Below are positions 10,534 to 20,327 of a DNA stretch of 64,000 nt, piece after piece. The translations under genes were made by a program, and so were the position numbers. The DNA comes from Acidimicrobiia bacterium. Lineage in GTDB: Bacteria; Actinomycetota; Acidimicrobiia; Spongiisociales; Spongiisociaceae. Each line of letters starts with the position of its first letter. The stretch's first letter is position 1. Where the stretch lies: assembly GCA_003229305.1 (NCBI GenBank), contig QIDH01000056.1:3777-67776 (forward strand), in the 5' to 3' direction. The notes below the pieces were generated by a model. That model did no database searches. It had not been told where the DNA came from and saw nothing but the letters and a program-made list of their open reading frames with translations.

Positions 10534-11658
10534 ATGAGGATTGGTGTCACAAAATCGAGGCGCAAGAACGACGGACGGGTCGGAATCACACCCGATATAG
10601 CGACGCGCCTCATCAAATCCGGCCACGGCATCACAGTCGAAGCGGGAGCGGGAGCGGGAGCAGGTTTCGCGGATGATGACTACACGGCTGTCGGAGCCGA
10701 GATCGGGAATGCGTTCGAAACCGACCTGATCGTCACCAACCATCCACCCTCGGATGATGTGATCGCCAAGCTGAACGCGAGTCTGACGATTCTCGGTCTG
10801 CTGGAACCGCTAGACGACCCAAAGAGCATCGCCGCGGTCGCCACCACTGGCGCCACGGCCATAGCTTTTGAGACGCTACCGCGAATCACGAGGGCTCAGT
10901 CGATGGATGCCCTTTCGTCGCAGGCCACGTTGGCGGGTTACCAAGCGGTGTTGGAGGGAGCCGTGTTGTTGCCCAAACTGCTCCCGATGATGACCACTGC
11001 GGCGGGCACCGTCAGACCCGCCAAGGTGATTGTGCTCGGTGCTGGCGTGGCAGGGCTCCAAGCGATCGCAACCGCCAAACGCCTCGGCGCGGTAGTGCAT
11101 GCATACGACGTGCGGGTCGCGGCGGCCGAACAGGTAGAGAGCCTCGGTGCGAAATTCATCGAACTGGACCTCGAGAGCCAAGATGAGACCCAGTCTGGCG
11201 GGTACGCCAGGGAGTTGGCAGAAGACGACCAGGCTCGGCAGTTGGCGGCGCTTGGCGAACACGTGGCTACCGGCGACCTGGTCGTCACCACGGCGGCCAT
11301 TCCGGGCCGAGACGCACCCTTGCTGGTAACCGAATCAATGGTCGAAGAGATGAAGCCGGGGTCTGTGATCGTGGACGGAGCCGCGGCGACCGGTGGGAAT
11401 TGCGAGCTAACGCAGGCCGACGAGACGGTCTCGGCCCACGGCGTCACGATCATCGGACCCACCAACCTGGCTGCTCGGCTGGCCACCAACGCTTCGCAGA
11501 TGTTGGCCCGAAACGCATTCGAGCTGATCACTCATTTGAGCGACGAGGAGGCAAACCTGTCTCTAGACCCACAAGACGAGATCTCGGCGGGAGTTGTTGT
11601 GGCTTCGGGTGGATCGGTCACCAATGTGCGTGTTCTCGAACTATTGGAAAACTCATGA
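10534..11658 (+). CDS. pntAA: NAD(P) transhydrogenase alpha subunit part 1
   Basis: 374 aa. N-terminus MRIGVTKSRRKNDGRVGITPD, Rossmann motif VIVLGAGVAGLQAIATAKRLGA. Confidence 0.9.
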   Translation: MRIGVTKSRRKNDGRVGITPDIATRLIKSGHGITVEAGAGAGAGFADDDYTAVGAEIGNAFETDLIVTNHPPSDDVIAKLNASLTILGLLEPLDDPKSIAAVATTGATAIAFETLPRITRAQSMDALSSQATLAGYQAVLEGAVLLPKLLPMMTTAAGTVRPAKVIVLGAGVAGLQAIATAKRLGAVVHAYDVRVAAAEQVESLGAKFIELDLESQDETQSGGYARELAEDDQARQLAALGEHVATGDLVVTTAAIPGRDAPLLVTESMVEEMKPGSVIVDGAAATGGNCELTQADETVSAHGVTIIGPTNLAARLATNASQMLARNAFELITHLSDEEANLSLDPQDEISAGVVVASGGSVTNVRVLELLENS

Positions 11659-11951
11659 CCCTCATCATCGGAATTACCGTCTTCGTGCTCGCCGCATTCA
11701 TCGGCTTTGAAGTTATCACCAAGGTTCCGCCCCAGCTTCATACGCCCCTGATGTCCGGCTCAAACGCCATCTCCGGCATAACCATCATCGGGGCCATCGT
11801 GGTCTCGGGCAGGGGCGGTGGCATCCTGGCCGCGGTGTTGGGTTTCCTGGCCGTTGCCTTCGCCACCATCAACGTGGTCGGTGGGTTCCTGGTAACCGAC
11901 CGGATGCTCGAGATGTTCAAAGGACGAGGCGGCCGTGGGGGCCAGACTTGA
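11655..11951 (+). CDS. pntAB: NAD(P) transhydrogenase alpha subunit part 2 (membrane)
   Basis: ATG at 11655 overlaps the pntAA stop (ATGA). Sequence MTLIIGITVFVLAAFIGFEVITKVPPQLHTPLMSGSNAISGI is typical. Confidence 0.85.
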   Translation: MTLIIGITVFVLAAFIGFEVITKVPPQLHTPLMSGSNAISGITIIGAIVVSGRGGGILAAVLGFLAVAFATINVVGGFLVTDRMLEMFKGRGGRGGQT

Positions 11952-13324
11952 ACCCTGAACTGGCGGCTGTCGCCTACCTGGTTGCGGCGTCGCTGTTCAT
12001 TGTCGGGCTGAAGCAACTCGGGTCCGCTCGGACGGCCAGGCGCGGCAACCAACTGTCCGCCCTCGGCATGCTGATCGCCATCGTCGTCACCCTGGCGGAC
12101 CGCAACGTCGTGTCATACGGCGTGATCCTGGCAGGTCTGGTAGTCGGCGGATCTCTTGGCGCAGTCCTAGCCCGCCGAATCGAAATGACCTCCATGCCTC
12201 AGCTGGTCGCTGCCTTCAATGGATTCGGAGGCGGGGCGTCCGCTCTTGTTGCGGCCGCCGAGTTTCTCAACGTCGTCGACCTTCCGCTCGAAACCGACGT
12301 CAGTATTTCGTTGTCGACGGCCATTGGCGCGGTCACGCTGACTGGCAGCTTCGTGGCGTTCGGCAAGCTGCAAGGCATCATCGCAGGCCGACCGGTGACC
12401 TATCCGGGCCAGCGGGTGATCGACATCGCAATTGCCCTCGGAGTCGTGGCGACCGGCGTGTGGACGGTCAGCGCTGGATCACCCCTGGCATTTTGGACCT
12501 TGGCCGCGACTGCATCGATCTTGGGCGTAACACGGACGTTGCCCATCGGCGGTGCTGACATGCCTGTTGTAGTCGCGTTCCTCAACTCGATGTCAGGCGT
12601 TGCTGCGTCCGCAGCCGGATTCGTGATCGGCTCAAACGCCCTCATCATCTCTGGGGCCCTCGTAGGGGCGTCTGGTCTGATCCTCACTTCGACGATGTCC
12701 AAAGGCATGAACCGCTCTTTGGCGAACGTGTTGTTCTCCGCTTTTGGAGCACAACCGACAGGTGGAAGTGCTGCCGGGCCGTCTGAGGACAAACCGGTAC
12801 GCAGCGTCACGGTCGACGATGTCGCCGTGACCCTCGCCTATGCGGATTCGGTGATCGTGGTTCCTGGATACGGACTCGCAGTCGCCCAGGCTCAACACGC
12901 GATGCGGGACCTGGCCGACCAACTCGAAGCCAGAGGCGTGCAGGTTCGTTACGCAATCCACCCCGTGGCCGGCCGCATGCCAGGCCACATGAACGTCCTG
13001 TTGGCTGAAGCCGACGTCCCATACGAGATGTTGCTGGACCTCGACGAAATCAACGACGACTTCGACCAGACAGACGTGGCCCTGGTCGTCGGGGCGAACG
13101 ACGTCGTGAACCCGACCGCCCGCGATGACGAGGGCTCTCCGATCTATGGCATGCCAATCCTCAATGTCGACAGGGCGAAAAACGCAGTTGTGATCAAACG
13201 CAGCCTGTCACCCGGTTTCGCAGGAATCGACAATCCGCTCTTCTACGAGGACGACACACTGATGTTGTTCGCAGATGCAAAAGACGCACTGGAAGACCTA
13301 TCCAAAGCAGTGCGCGAGGCCTGA
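11948..13324 (+). CDS. pntB: NAD(P) transhydrogenase beta subunit
   Basis: 458 aa. Polytopic N-terminal half plus C-terminal NADP(H) domain (VPGYGLAVAQAQH, HPVAGRMPGHMNVLLAEA). Confidence 0.9.
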   Translation: MNPELAAVAYLVAASLFIVGLKQLGSARTARRGNQLSALGMLIAIVVTLADRNVVSYGVILAGLVVGGSLGAVLARRIEMTSMPQLVAAFNGFGGGASALVAAAEFLNVVDLPLETDVSISLSTAIGAVTLTGSFVAFGKLQGIIAGRPVTYPGQRVIDIAIALGVVATGVWTVSAGSPLAFWTLAATASILGVTRTLPIGGADMPVVVAFLNSMSGVAASAAGFVIGSNALIISGALVGASGLILTSTMSKGMNRSLANVLFSAFGAQPTGGSAAGPSEDKPVRSVTVDDVAVTLAYADSVIVVPGYGLAVAQAQHAMRDLADQLEARGVQVRYAIHPVAGRMPGHMNVLLAEADVPYEMLLDLDEINDDFDQTDVALVVGANDVVNPTARDDEGSPIYGMPILNVDRAKNAVVIKRSLSPGFAGIDNPLFYEDDTLMLFADAKDALEDLSKAVREA

Positions 13325-13348
13325 CGGCAACCTTCCGAGGAGGCGAGA

Positions 13349-13705
13349 ATGGGCAGCTCCGAGAGATTGCGTAAGGGGGTCAGGGAGATCGGGATCGGAT
13401 TCGGATCGGTCGTGCTGATCGTTGTCCTGTTCCTGAGGGCCAGCGCGGCCCTGGTCGAGTTCGCAGTCTTCTTGATCGCTGTCGCGGCCCTCTACTGGAC
13501 TGCCAAAGTCCGCCAGACCTGGCTGCTGGGCTTTTCTGGGCGAATGGTATTCGGTGGCCTGATCGTCGGCCTCTTCCTCACAGCAGGCAGCATCGCGGTA
13601 CGAGCTTCCATCGGTCCCGTCGCCACCTTCCTGGTGCTGGTGGCCGCAACCATCACAGCCATCCTCCGCCGCCTCGCCAAACACGGCCAAAACCCGCTTC
13701 CTTAG
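13349..13705 (+). CDS. hypothetical membrane protein
   Basis: 118 aa with three hydrophobic segments. Confidence 0.35.
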   Translation: MGSSERLRKGVREIGIGFGSVVLIVVLFLRASAALVEFAVFLIAVAALYWTAKVRQTWLLGFSGRMVFGGLIVGLFLTAGSIAVRASIGPVATFLVLVAATITAILRRLAKHGQNPLP

Positions 13706-13810
13706 GCTCGGCCGCGGGTATAGCCGCGCTATAGCCGAAAGTACGCCCCTCGGCCCCGGTTTTCGCTTCGCCCGGATGGACGCATCAGGGTTGATTCAGC
13801 CATCCCGCGT

Positions 13811-14434
13811 ATGATCGGGACGGTGAATTTCAAGGATGTCATCGCCAAGCGACGCATGGTTCGCAACTACACAGATGAGTCCGTTGACGCAGATTCGCTC
13901 GCTCGGATCGTATGGGCAGGGCGCAAGGCCCCAAGCGCGGGGTTTTCGCAAGGCCAAGCCTTCGTCGTTATCACCAGCCAGGCCACCCGATCGGCAATCG
14001 CAGAGTTGGCAGGCGAGGCGGAGTATGTCGCTGACGGGCTCGACCCATGGATCAGCCGCGCACCAGTCCACGTCATCGTTTGTGTGAGCGAGAGCGCCTA
14101 CCACCGGCGTTACAACGAAGCCGACAAGCTGCATGACGGAAAGGAAACAGACTGGCCGATCCCATATTGGTGGGTCGACGCAGGCGCCTCACTCCAAAAT
14201 TTGCTGCTCGCAGCCGTAGACGAAGGCCTGGCTGCGGGGTTTCTTGGGCTACATGCCATCCCAGGAATAAGGGAGCTGCTCGGCATACCGGCGGAATACG
14301 AACCGATCGGCGTCGTTACCATCGGCCGCCCCGCTCCTGACGGTCGCAGCCGCTCCCTCAACCGCGGCTGGCGCGAAGAATCACACGTGGTTCATCTCGA
14401 ACGGTGGTCGGACGACTGGGCCCCGGATTTTTGA
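13811..14434 (+). CDS. nitroreductase-family protein
   Basis: 207 aa. KRRMVRNYTDESV and the PSAGFSQGQAFVVI pattern fit the nitroreductase fold. Confidence 0.65.
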   Translation: MIGTVNFKDVIAKRRMVRNYTDESVDADSLARIVWAGRKAPSAGFSQGQAFVVITSQATRSAIAELAGEAEYVADGLDPWISRAPVHVIVCVSESAYHRRYNEADKLHDGKETDWPIPYWWVDAGASLQNLLLAAVDEGLAAGFLGLHAIPGIRELLGIPAEYEPIGVVTIGRPAPDGRSRSLNRGWREESHVVHLERWSDDWAPDF

Positions 14435-14481
14435 CCAGGCAGGTGAGGACCCCGAAACAACCCTCTTATGATCGCCCACCT

Positions 14482-15273
14482 ATGAGCGAAGCTCTCTACA
14501 ACATCGACGGCGATGCCTTCGTGCCGACCGACCTGACCGCCAGCCCATGGGGTCGTGATAGCCAACACGCAGGACCACCCGCCGCATTGACGGTCAGGGC
14601 CATCGAAAATGCCGCACTCGAAATGAGCATCAACCGGATGACCGTAGAAGTCCTCGGTCCCATTCCGCTCCGACCGCTTCGAGTCGAAACGCAGGTCGTT
14701 CGTCCTGGCAGACGCATCCAACTCATCGAGGCCAGGCTGATTGATCTGGCCGGCGCACCCCTGATGCTCGGCAGGGGATGGATGGTCAGGCGCAGGACCG
14801 AGCCACTCGACTTCGACGAATCGCCAATAGCTCTTCCCCCTTCCCCTCCCGGCCCAGGACAATCCACCTCTTTCGAGCACGTCTTCCCTAACGTTGAATA
14901 CCGGGATTTTTTCGGTACGGCCCTCGAAACTCGGCTGGCAGAAGGCTCCGCCCACCGACCGGGGCCGGCCACTGTGTGGTTCAGGCACCGTCAGGCGATC
15001 GTCGAAGGCGAAAACTCGAGCGCAGCTCAGCGGATGATCGCGCTGGCCGACACGGCAAACGGCATCAGCTGGATGGTCCCACCCACTCAGACGCTTTTTG
15101 TCAACGTCGATCTCACGATGTACCTGTGGAGGGAACCCGTTGGCGAATGGTTCGCCACCAGGAGCGCGACCCACTGGTCACCGCTCGGTCGGGGAACCTC
15201 TGATTCGGAGTTGTTCGACGTCCAAGGCTGCGTTGGACGCTCGAACCAGGGGCTGTTCATCGAGCCGCGATGA
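14482..15273 (+). CDS. acyl-CoA thioesterase-like (double hotdog) protein
   Basis: The N-terminus MSEALYNIDGDAFVPTDLTASPWGRDSQHAGPPAAL resembles the thioesterase-like superfamily. The ATG at 14482 avoids a long overlap with the upstream gene. Confidence 0.5.
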   Translation: MSEALYNIDGDAFVPTDLTASPWGRDSQHAGPPAALTVRAIENAALEMSINRMTVEVLGPIPLRPLRVETQVVRPGRRIQLIEARLIDLAGAPLMLGRGWMVRRRTEPLDFDESPIALPPSPPGPGQSTSFEHVFPNVEYRDFFGTALETRLAEGSAHRPGPATVWFRHRQAIVEGENSSAAQRMIALADTANGISWMVPPTQTLFVNVDLTMYLWREPVGEWFATRSATHWSPLGRGTSDSELFDVQGCVGRSNQGLFIEPR

Positions 15274-16073
15274 GTATGGAACCGATCACCTCATTGCAGA
15301 ATCCGCGGATCAAGGATCTGGTTCGCCTGAGGAATCGACGGGATCGTGACCAGTCGAAGACGTTCCTGATCGAGGGGTTCCGCGAGTTGAGCAGGGCAGC
15401 AGACGCAGGTTTGGATTTCACCGACGTCTACTACTCGCCCGATCTCTATCTTGGCGAAAACGAGCCCGCTCTCGTCGAACGGCTGATTTCCCTAGGCGCC
15501 CGTGCAGCCGAGTTGGGCGACGATGCCTTCCGCAAGGTTGCGTACCGCGACAGACCAGAGGGGGTGTTGGCCGTCGCCAACCAATTCGACACATCTCTTG
15601 ACCGACTGACCCTCGGCGATCGTCCACTGCTGTTGGTGGTGGAATCCATCGAAAAGCCTGGCAACCTCGGCACCATGCTGAGGACCGCGGACGCGGCGGG
15701 TGTGTCAGCAGTGATCGTGTGCGACCAGACGACGGACCCTTTCAATCCGAACACCGTCAGAGCGTCGATCGGATCCCTGTTCTCGCTGCCGTTGGCGATC
15801 ACGGCGACCCGGCAGGCGATCGCCTTGATGAGCGAGCTGGGCGTAAAGACCGTCGCCACCAGCCCGGACTCCGACCTGGCTCACTGGCAGGTCTCATACG
15901 ACTGCGCGGTGGCGATCGTGATCGGATCGGAGCAGCAAGGGCTCTCGTCGGCCTGGTTGAGTGGATCGACAGAAACTGTGCGGATCCCGATGTCCGGCAC
16001 CGCAGATTCACTCAACGCGGCGGTCGCGGCCGGAGTCATGCTGTTCGAGGCAGTCAGACAACGCGCCCACTGA
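15270..16073 (+). CDS. TrmH/SpoU-family RNA 2'-O-methyltransferase
   Basis: NPRIKDLVRLRNRRDR, EKPGNLGTMLRTADAAG and IVIGSEQQGLS...SLNAAVAAGVMLFE motifs. Confidence 0.8.
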   Translation: MSMEPITSLQNPRIKDLVRLRNRRDRDQSKTFLIEGFRELSRAADAGLDFTDVYYSPDLYLGENEPALVERLISLGARAAELGDDAFRKVAYRDRPEGVLAVANQFDTSLDRLTLGDRPLLLVVESIEKPGNLGTMLRTADAAGVSAVIVCDQTTDPFNPNTVRASIGSLFSLPLAITATRQAIALMSELGVKTVATSPDSDLAHWQVSYDCAVAIVIGSEQQGLSSAWLSGSTETVRIPMSGTADSLNAAVAAGVMLFEAVRQRAH

Positions 16074-16104
16074 ATCGCCTCATCCCCGAACTGGCGCCTA
16101 GTGC

Positions 16105-17784
16105 TTGACTCGAACGTATGTTCGATGTAGTTTCGCATGCTCAACCATCGACGATCGACGTGGAGGGTCAGTGCAACGAAGCTTCGAAGACATGGGTACC
16201 CCGCTCTTCGATGTCCCGTTCTGCATCCTCGACCTGGAAACGACCGGCGGGTCGGCCAAAAGTTGTGAGATCACCGAAATCGGCGCGGTCCGCTATCGGG
16301 GTGGCGAGCTCGAAGGGCGATTTCAGACACTGGTCAACCCCGGCATGGCCATCCCGCCAACCATCACCATCCTTACCGGAATTACTCAGGCAATGGTGAT
16401 CGAGGCACCGCCGATCGCAGAGGCCCTCCCAGGATTCCTCGAATTCATCGGCGATGCAGTGGTGGTCGGTCACAACGTCCGGTTCGACTTGTCGTTCATC
16501 AACGCTGCGGCAGAACGCCATGGTTATGGGAGGCTACCGAATCGCTCCGTCGACACCCTGGCCCTGAGCAGGCGGTTGATCCGCAAAGAGGTCCGCAACC
16601 TAAAACTCGCAACGTTGGCGGCCCACTTCCGCTCACCGGTGAAGCCGACGCATCGGGCCCTAGACGATGCAGAGGCCACTGCATATGTGTTGTTCGCTCT
16701 GCTGGAGCGAGCAGGAACACTAGGAGTGACCGCCCTCGAGGACCTCCTGGCGCTCCCCACGGCGCGAGGCGGACCCCACTATCGCAAGATCGCCCTCGCA
16801 GACGAACTCCCTCGCCGACCGGGGGTCTACCTGTTCAAGGATCGGACCGGATCGGTGTTCTATGTCGGAAAAGCCAAGAACCTGCGCACGAGGGTGCGGT
16901 CGTATTTCTACGGAGACGGTCGCCGAAATACCGAGACGATGCTCGCAGAGATGTCGACGATCGACTACCGGGTCTGCCCAACCGAGATCGAGGCCTCCGT
17001 CACCGAACTGAGGCTCATCCAGGCGCATCGCCCACGCCACAACCGCCGATCGAAACCTCCCAAAGTCTCGCATTGGCTGACCCTCACCGACGAACGTTTC
17101 CCTCGACTGTCGATCACACGGACTCCGAAGCAAACGAGCTCAATGTGCCTTGGACCGTTCAGGCGACAAAAGACTGCGACAACGGTGCGAGAGGCGATCT
17201 GGGATGCGGTGGCGCTCCGCCGCTGCACAGGTCGTCCCGGCTTGCGTTCGGCTCCCTGTGCCTTCTCTCAACTCGGGGTCGCAGCATGTCCATGCGATGG
17301 AACGTTGTCAGAGGCGGACTACCGCCCCATCGTTCAGGCCGTCGTCGCCGGCATTAGCGTCGATCCGACCATCCTGCTGCTCCCTCTTCAAGAAAAGGTG
17401 GCCGAACTCGCCCGCGCCCAGCGGTTTGAGGAGGCCGCCTGGATTCGAGACCGATATGTCGCTCTGGCCAGGGCGATCGAACGACGCAGGACTTGGCAGG
17501 CCTTGGAAGCGGCCGGCCGGATCTTTGCATCAGGGCCGGATGGAATCGCCTGCATCGACAACGGCAGCCTGGTGACCACGTGGCACGATGGCAACAGACC
17601 GCCGCTGTTACCTCCCCACGTCGCACCTGAAAATACTCGTCATGTTGCTCCCTCAGTGGCAGCGGCCGAAGAGGCACAGCTTCTGTGGGCGTGGTTGACG
17701 AGCGGGAACACCCGCCTGGTGGAGATCGTCGGTCCGCTGGCCAGTCCTGCCAGCCCTGTGCCGCCCCTGACGATCGCCGCATGA
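16105..17784 (+). CDS. DEDD exonuclease (DnaQ-like) fused to GIY-YIG/UvrC-like domain
   Basis: ILDLETTG...HNVRFDL...HRALDDAEAT exonuclease motifs, followed by PGVYLFKDRTGSVFYVGKAKNLRTRVRSYF (GIY-YIG). Start codon uncertain. Confidence 0.75.
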   Translation: MTRTYVRCSFACSTIDDRRGGSVQRSFEDMGTPLFDVPFCILDLETTGGSAKSCEITEIGAVRYRGGELEGRFQTLVNPGMAIPPTITILTGITQAMVIEAPPIAEALPGFLEFIGDAVVVGHNVRFDLSFINAAAERHGYGRLPNRSVDTLALSRRLIRKEVRNLKLATLAAHFRSPVKPTHRALDDAEATAYVLFALLERAGTLGVTALEDLLALPTARGGPHYRKIALADELPRRPGVYLFKDRTGSVFYVGKAKNLRTRVRSYFYGDGRRNTETMLAEMSTIDYRVCPTEIEASVTELRLIQAHRPRHNRRSKPPKVSHWLTLTDERFPRLSITRTPKQTSSMCLGPFRRQKTATTVREAIWDAVALRRCTGRPGLRSAPCAFSQLGVAACPCDGTLSEADYRPIVQAVVAGISVDPTILLLPLQEKVAELARAQRFEEAAWIRDRYVALARAIERRRTWQALEAAGRIFASGPDGIACIDNGSLVTTWHDGNRPPLLPPHVAPENTRHVAPSVAAAEEAQLLWAWLTSGNTRLVEIVGPLASPASPVPPLTIAA

Positions 17785-17851
17785 AGACCAACCCCAGACG
17801 CGCTCAGACAGGACCCGCTAGATTCTGGGGCCATAGACCTGGAGGATCAAC

Positions 17852-18988
17852 TTGGCGATTCCTGAGCCGGCCTGGACGATCGGAATCGAAGAGGAATATC
17901 TGCTCGTCGACAGGCAGACCGGAGAGTTGGTAGTAGATCAGCCACCTGAGCTGATGGTCGAGGCGCAGTCACTGTTACAAAACCAGGTGAATACCGAATT
18001 CCTCCAGTCGCAGATAGAAATCGGGACCAGAGTTTGTTCGAATGTTGCGGAGGCCAGGACCGACCTGATCCGGCTCAGATCGGTTATCGCCGCCGCCGCC
18101 GATCGCCACGGCCTGGCCCCGATCGCCGCCTCCAGCCACCCGTTCGCTCGTTGGACCGATCAAAAGGTCACCGATGCCGAGCGATACAGAGCCCTGGCCA
18201 ACGACATGCAGGCCGTAATGCGCAGACTCATGATCTGCGGCATGCACGTGCATGTCGGCATCGAGGACCCTGAGCTACGGATCGACCTGATGAGCCAGGT
18301 CACATACTTCCTTCCCCACATCCTGGCCCTCAGCACCTCGTCACCCTTCTGGGGCGGACGTGACACGGGCCTGATGAGCTACCGCAAGACGGTGTTCAAG
18401 GCCGCTCCTCGCACCGGTCTTCCCGAACATTTTGATTCGTGGGGCGAATACGAGCGGCACATCAACGTCCTCATCGAGGCGGGCATCATCGAGGACGCCT
18501 CGAAGATCTGGTGGGACATTCGTCCCTCGGCCAGATACCCGACACTGGAGCTGAGAGCCCCGGATCTGCCCACTCGGCTCGACGACACGCTGGCGATCGC
18601 AGCATTGTATGTGAGCTTGCTTCGGTTCCTGTGGCGCCAGCGAATCAACAATCGGCGGTGGCGCTCATATTCGAACTTTCTCGTCGAGGAGAACATGTGG
18701 CGGGCCCAGCGATACGGTGTCCACGAGAGCCTCATCGACTACGGCAAGGGTCAGCTGGTTCCGTTCTCAGACCTCACTGAGGAACTCATCGAGCTCGTCC
18801 TCCCTGACGCCACCGCGCTCGGATGTGCGGCCGAGGTTGAGCACCTGGCGACGATCGTGGAACGTGGCACATCTGCTGACCTACAGCGCGAGGCATACGC
18901 CAAGGCCAAAGCTGCCGGGTACGACGGTGAGGAGGCTCTCCGACCGGTCGTGGCGGCCCTCATTGACGCGACTACTGACGGTCTGTGA
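17852..18988 (+). CDS. carboxylate-amine ligase, GCS2/YbdK family
   Basis: 378 aa. TIGIEEEYLLVD, EFLQSQIEIGT and CGMHVHVGI are typical of YbdK-type ligases. Confidence 0.8.
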   Translation: MAIPEPAWTIGIEEEYLLVDRQTGELVVDQPPELMVEAQSLLQNQVNTEFLQSQIEIGTRVCSNVAEARTDLIRLRSVIAAAADRHGLAPIAASSHPFARWTDQKVTDAERYRALANDMQAVMRRLMICGMHVHVGIEDPELRIDLMSQVTYFLPHILALSTSSPFWGGRDTGLMSYRKTVFKAAPRTGLPEHFDSWGEYERHINVLIEAGIIEDASKIWWDIRPSARYPTLELRAPDLPTRLDDTLAIAALYVSLLRFLWRQRINNRRWRSYSNFLVEENMWRAQRYGVHESLIDYGKGQLVPFSDLTEELIELVLPDATALGCAAEVEHLATIVERGTSADLQREAYAKAKAAGYDGEEALRPVVAALIDATTDGL

Positions 18989-19021
18989 GGCGAGAAGGGC
19001 TACAGGATCAGATAACCTGTA

Positions 19022-20224
19022 GTGGTGCCAGCCGAACCCGTGCGTGAACCAACCGACGATGCCGCGACGGCCGTATGTCTGGCCTGCGGCACAATCGGGC
19101 TCCAACCGCTCCACGAGCTCCACGACATCCCCGTCCAGAGCTGTGTGCTCGTCCCTACGGCCCAAGCCGCGGCTGCCTTCCCGACCGGGGACCTCCTCCT
19201 CGTACTCTGCGAGGCGTGTGGATTCATCCAGAACGAATGGTTCGAACCATCGCTGGTGGACTATTCCCAGGCGTATGAGGAGAGCCAGGCTCACTCGACG
19301 AGGTTCATGGAGTTCGCCACCGGGATAGCGGATGGCCTGATCCGAGATTTCGGCATTCGGAACAAGACGGTTCTCGATGTAGGTTGCGGTAAGGGCTCGT
19401 TCCTCTCGCTGATGGCCAAACGCGGCCAGAACCATTGCGTAGGCATCGATCCAACCGTCGCTCCCGAAAGGCTCGATCGGGAATCCGCGGAGCTGGTGGA
19501 GCTGATCAGCGGATACTTCGACGAATCGTCGACGCTCACGGCCGACCTCATCGCCTGTCGCCACACGCTTGAACACATCCCGGAAGCGGCGAGATTCGCA
19601 GCCTTGCTGACGGGAGCCGTGAAACGGACCGATGCGGCCACCCTTTTCGTCGAAGTGCCGGATGTCCTCAGGGTGTTGCGAGAGGGCGCCTTCTGGGACA
19701 TCTACTACGAGCATTGCAGCTATTTCACTCCCGGATCGCTCGGCAGACTCATCGAGAACGTAGGCCTACGTCCGACCGATCTCAAACTCGGATTCGACGA
19801 CCAGTACGTGCTGGCGTATGCCAAATCAGGAAGCGGAGAGATGGCGACGGTCGACGATCTCGACCAGACCATCGAGGCGGCGCAAGGATTCGCGACCAAT
19901 GTCACCAATACGATCCGAACGTGGAACGAATCGCTCCTGCAATGGGAGATGGACGGCAAGCGTGTAGTCGTTTGGGGAGCCAGCTCCAAGGCAGTCTCGT
20001 TCCTCACGACTCTCGATGCTGCGCGCCACGTCGTCGCGGCCGTCGATATCAACCCCTACAAGCAGAACCAGTACCTCGCCGGCACTCGACAGCAGGTCCT
20101 GGCACCGGATGCCCTCATCAAGATCCGACCTGACGTCGTGGTCATCATGAACCCGATCTACGAATCCGAGATCACCACCCAGATTTCCTCCATGGGCCTG
20201 CACCCTTCAATCCTCTGCCTTTAG
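19022..20224 (+). CDS. class I SAM-dependent (C-)methyltransferase with N-terminal Cys pair
   Basis: VLDVGCGKGSFL SAM motif; N-terminal CLACG...; C-terminal VVWGASSKAVSFL Rossmann-like domain as in sugar C-methyltransferases. Confidence 0.65.
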   Translation: MVPAEPVREPTDDAATAVCLACGTIGLQPLHELHDIPVQSCVLVPTAQAAAAFPTGDLLLVLCEACGFIQNEWFEPSLVDYSQAYEESQAHSTRFMEFATGIADGLIRDFGIRNKTVLDVGCGKGSFLSLMAKRGQNHCVGIDPTVAPERLDRESAELVELISGYFDESSTLTADLIACRHTLEHIPEAARFAALLTGAVKRTDAATLFVEVPDVLRVLREGAFWDIYYEHCSYFTPGSLGRLIENVGLRPTDLKLGFDDQYVLAYAKSGSGEMATVDDLDQTIEAAQGFATNVTNTIRTWNESLLQWEMDGKRVVVWGASSKAVSFLTTLDAARHVVAAVDINPYKQNQYLAGTRQQVLAPDALIKIRPDVVVIMNPIYESEITTQISSMGLHPSILCL

Positions 20225-20327
20225 AGCGAGCGCAGGGCTCAGCGACTGCTCATTCGTCAAGTACGCAGCGAGAACGCGGCGGGATTGCAGGTGCGTTCGT
20301 AGCAGCTCGACCCCCTAGCATCTGGCC